From Bugula neritina (taxonomy: Eukaryota; Animalia; Bryozoa), in the NCBI GenBank assembly GCA_964035545.1, contig OZ037767.1, positions 22,584,628-22,648,627 on the forward strand: a stretch of 64,000 nucleotides of DNA. The letters are read 5' to 3'. The notes below the pieces were generated by a model. It saw only the letters and a program-made list of their open reading frames with translations, ran no database searches and was not told where the DNA came from. The position numbers and the translations under genes are program-made. Below are positions 62,720-64,000 of the stretch, piece after piece. Each line of letters opens with the position of its first letter. Within the stretch, counting starts at the first letter, position 1.

Positions 62720-63566
62720 TTACTGCACTGCACAGCGGTGACTTTTTGGCACTTTATCAGAGGACTTGAAGATATTTCGAAGAGCAAGTCGTTTGTTCAT
62801 GGTGCTTCTAAATTCTGGAGTTTGTTTAACTTCACTTCCTTTAATCATTTCTGTTGTTTTTAGGAACACTCCATATATATCATCATTCTGTTCAGAATTC
62901 TGTAAATTTTCAGCTAGTTTTGGTATAAATACCCCTCTGTAAGCGAAATGACCATTGATAGTAGCAGATAGCACAGCAAAATCTGGGCCAGGCAAATCAA
63001 AATGAGCAACTGCCCTATCTAATAACGGTTGCGGTGGCCTGGGATCTACAATAAAAACACTAGCATTACATATTATAAAGCTTGAATAAACAAAACATTT
63101 GAGTTTGTCACAAAATAGCATGACATTTAACCAAATAATTGTAAAACATAACTTGTAGTGCACAACTTAGTCTTAAAAGGATAATTTTGAGTATATGAAA
63201 TCATTTGAAATTTCTAAAGTATACTGTGCATGGTGAAATAAAAGCTATGTAGACATTTAAAGATAATTATTATATTATGCTCTTGTTGTGATAAACTATT
63301 AAAATAAAGAGTCATATTACAATACCATGTGAATTTTTTAAAGGTATTATTTAATTAAAGCAAACTTTAATTATATGAGATCATTTAAAAAGGATCATTT
63401 ACAAAGTAATATAAAATTGTACATAAGTAAAATTTCTACTAATAATGTAACTTAAAAAAACTAAATATCAAATAGAATATGTGTATTTGAAATTACTATA
63501 CTTACCAGCAGATGAGTGTGCAAGAAGTTGCCTTTCGTGCATTTGACATGCTTGAACAATTAGTAT
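62720..63566 (-). CDS. 3' two exons of a divergent caspase-family (C14) protein; the 5' part lies beyond the window
   Basis: Exon 63566-63506 encodes ILIVQACQMHERQLLAHSSA (QAC active-site strand). It splices in phase 1 to exon 63045-62720: DPRPPQPLLD...PDFAVLSATINGHFAYRGVFIPKLAENL...DIYGVF...KQTPEFRSTMNKRLAL, matching the p10 pattern (DF...ST..G...R..G.FI...KQ.P...ST). Ends SHRCAVQ-stop. Confidence 0.78.
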
Positions 63567-63640
63567 CTATAAAAAACAAGGTACCCTGTTATTGAATAGC
63601 CTATATAATATTTATTATACATAAAGTCAGGATCCTCGAA

Positions 63641-63940
63641 GCCCCTGTGGTGTAGCAGCTAGCACGCCCGTTAGCAAAAAAAGCCTGTGGTTCAAATCCC
63701 AATTGGGGCAAAGGTTTTACAGGCTATGTCAACCTTGTGTTGCGAAAGTACTCTTAGGGAGTTAAGTGGCGAGTGGAGCCTATAAACCGACAGAGTACAA
63801 GGGGGCCAGTGCAGTTCTAGAGAGACCTGGGTGGGATGTTGTTAGGAATTCCAAAGCTCCTGTGGTGCAATGTTTAGCACTTCTGCTCGCAAGCCAGAGG
63901 TCTGTGGTTTGAATCCCATTGGGGGCAAAAGTTTTACACA
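63641..63940 (+). mobile_element. Two adjacent copies of a tRNA-derived SINE head in the caspase intron
   Basis: 63641-63710 GCCCCTGTGGTGTAGC...GGTTCAAATCCCAATTGGGGCA and 63856-63927 GCTCCTGTGGTGCAATG...GGTTTGAATCCCATTGGGGGCA. Both have A/B boxes and degenerate anticodon arms, and share the downstream AA(G/A)GTTTTACA. Confidence 0.7.
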
Positions 63941-64000
63941 TGAGTTATTTACAGAGAGCTCTGATCAAATCTTTTGTAAGGCTACATGTTGGTGTTTCAA

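Noticed and set aside
63641-63927. Functional tRNA genes (also at 41230)
   Set aside because: Anticodon arms are broken, one T-loop is mutated, and the copies share non-tRNA 3' sequence; these are SINE heads.

Overview
AT-rich, intron-dense eukaryotic DNA from an invertebrate animal (lophotrochozoan-like by protein similarity; inference only). I assembled genes by hand from GT-AG junctions and reading-frame phase. Left to right: (1) last exon of an unknown + strand gene ending KEEL; (2) complete 8-exon SUMF2/pFGE-like gene (-), also ending KEEL; (3) a decayed, internally deleted Bel/Pao LTR retrotransposon (-) whose 5' end is a ~280-bp foldback; (4) a 35-coding-exon NRF-6/OACYL-type Acyl_transf_3 gene (+, ~1681 aa) with a ~950-aa repetitive helical N-terminal ectodomain whose 19 introns are all phase 0; (5) CEP126-like (-, 15 exons) head-to-head with (6) SYCP1-like (+, 26 exons); (7) the 3' end of a divergent caspase-like gene (-) ending in a CaaX box. 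Introns hold MITEs, tRNA-derived SINEs, minisatellites seeded on splice sites, and a type I hammerhead ribozyme between two (TA)n tracts. The best novelty candidates are the giant NRF-6 ectodomain, the hammerhead, the putatively farnesylated caspase and the splice-site minisatellites. Family assignments come from recalled motifs; no database searches were run.
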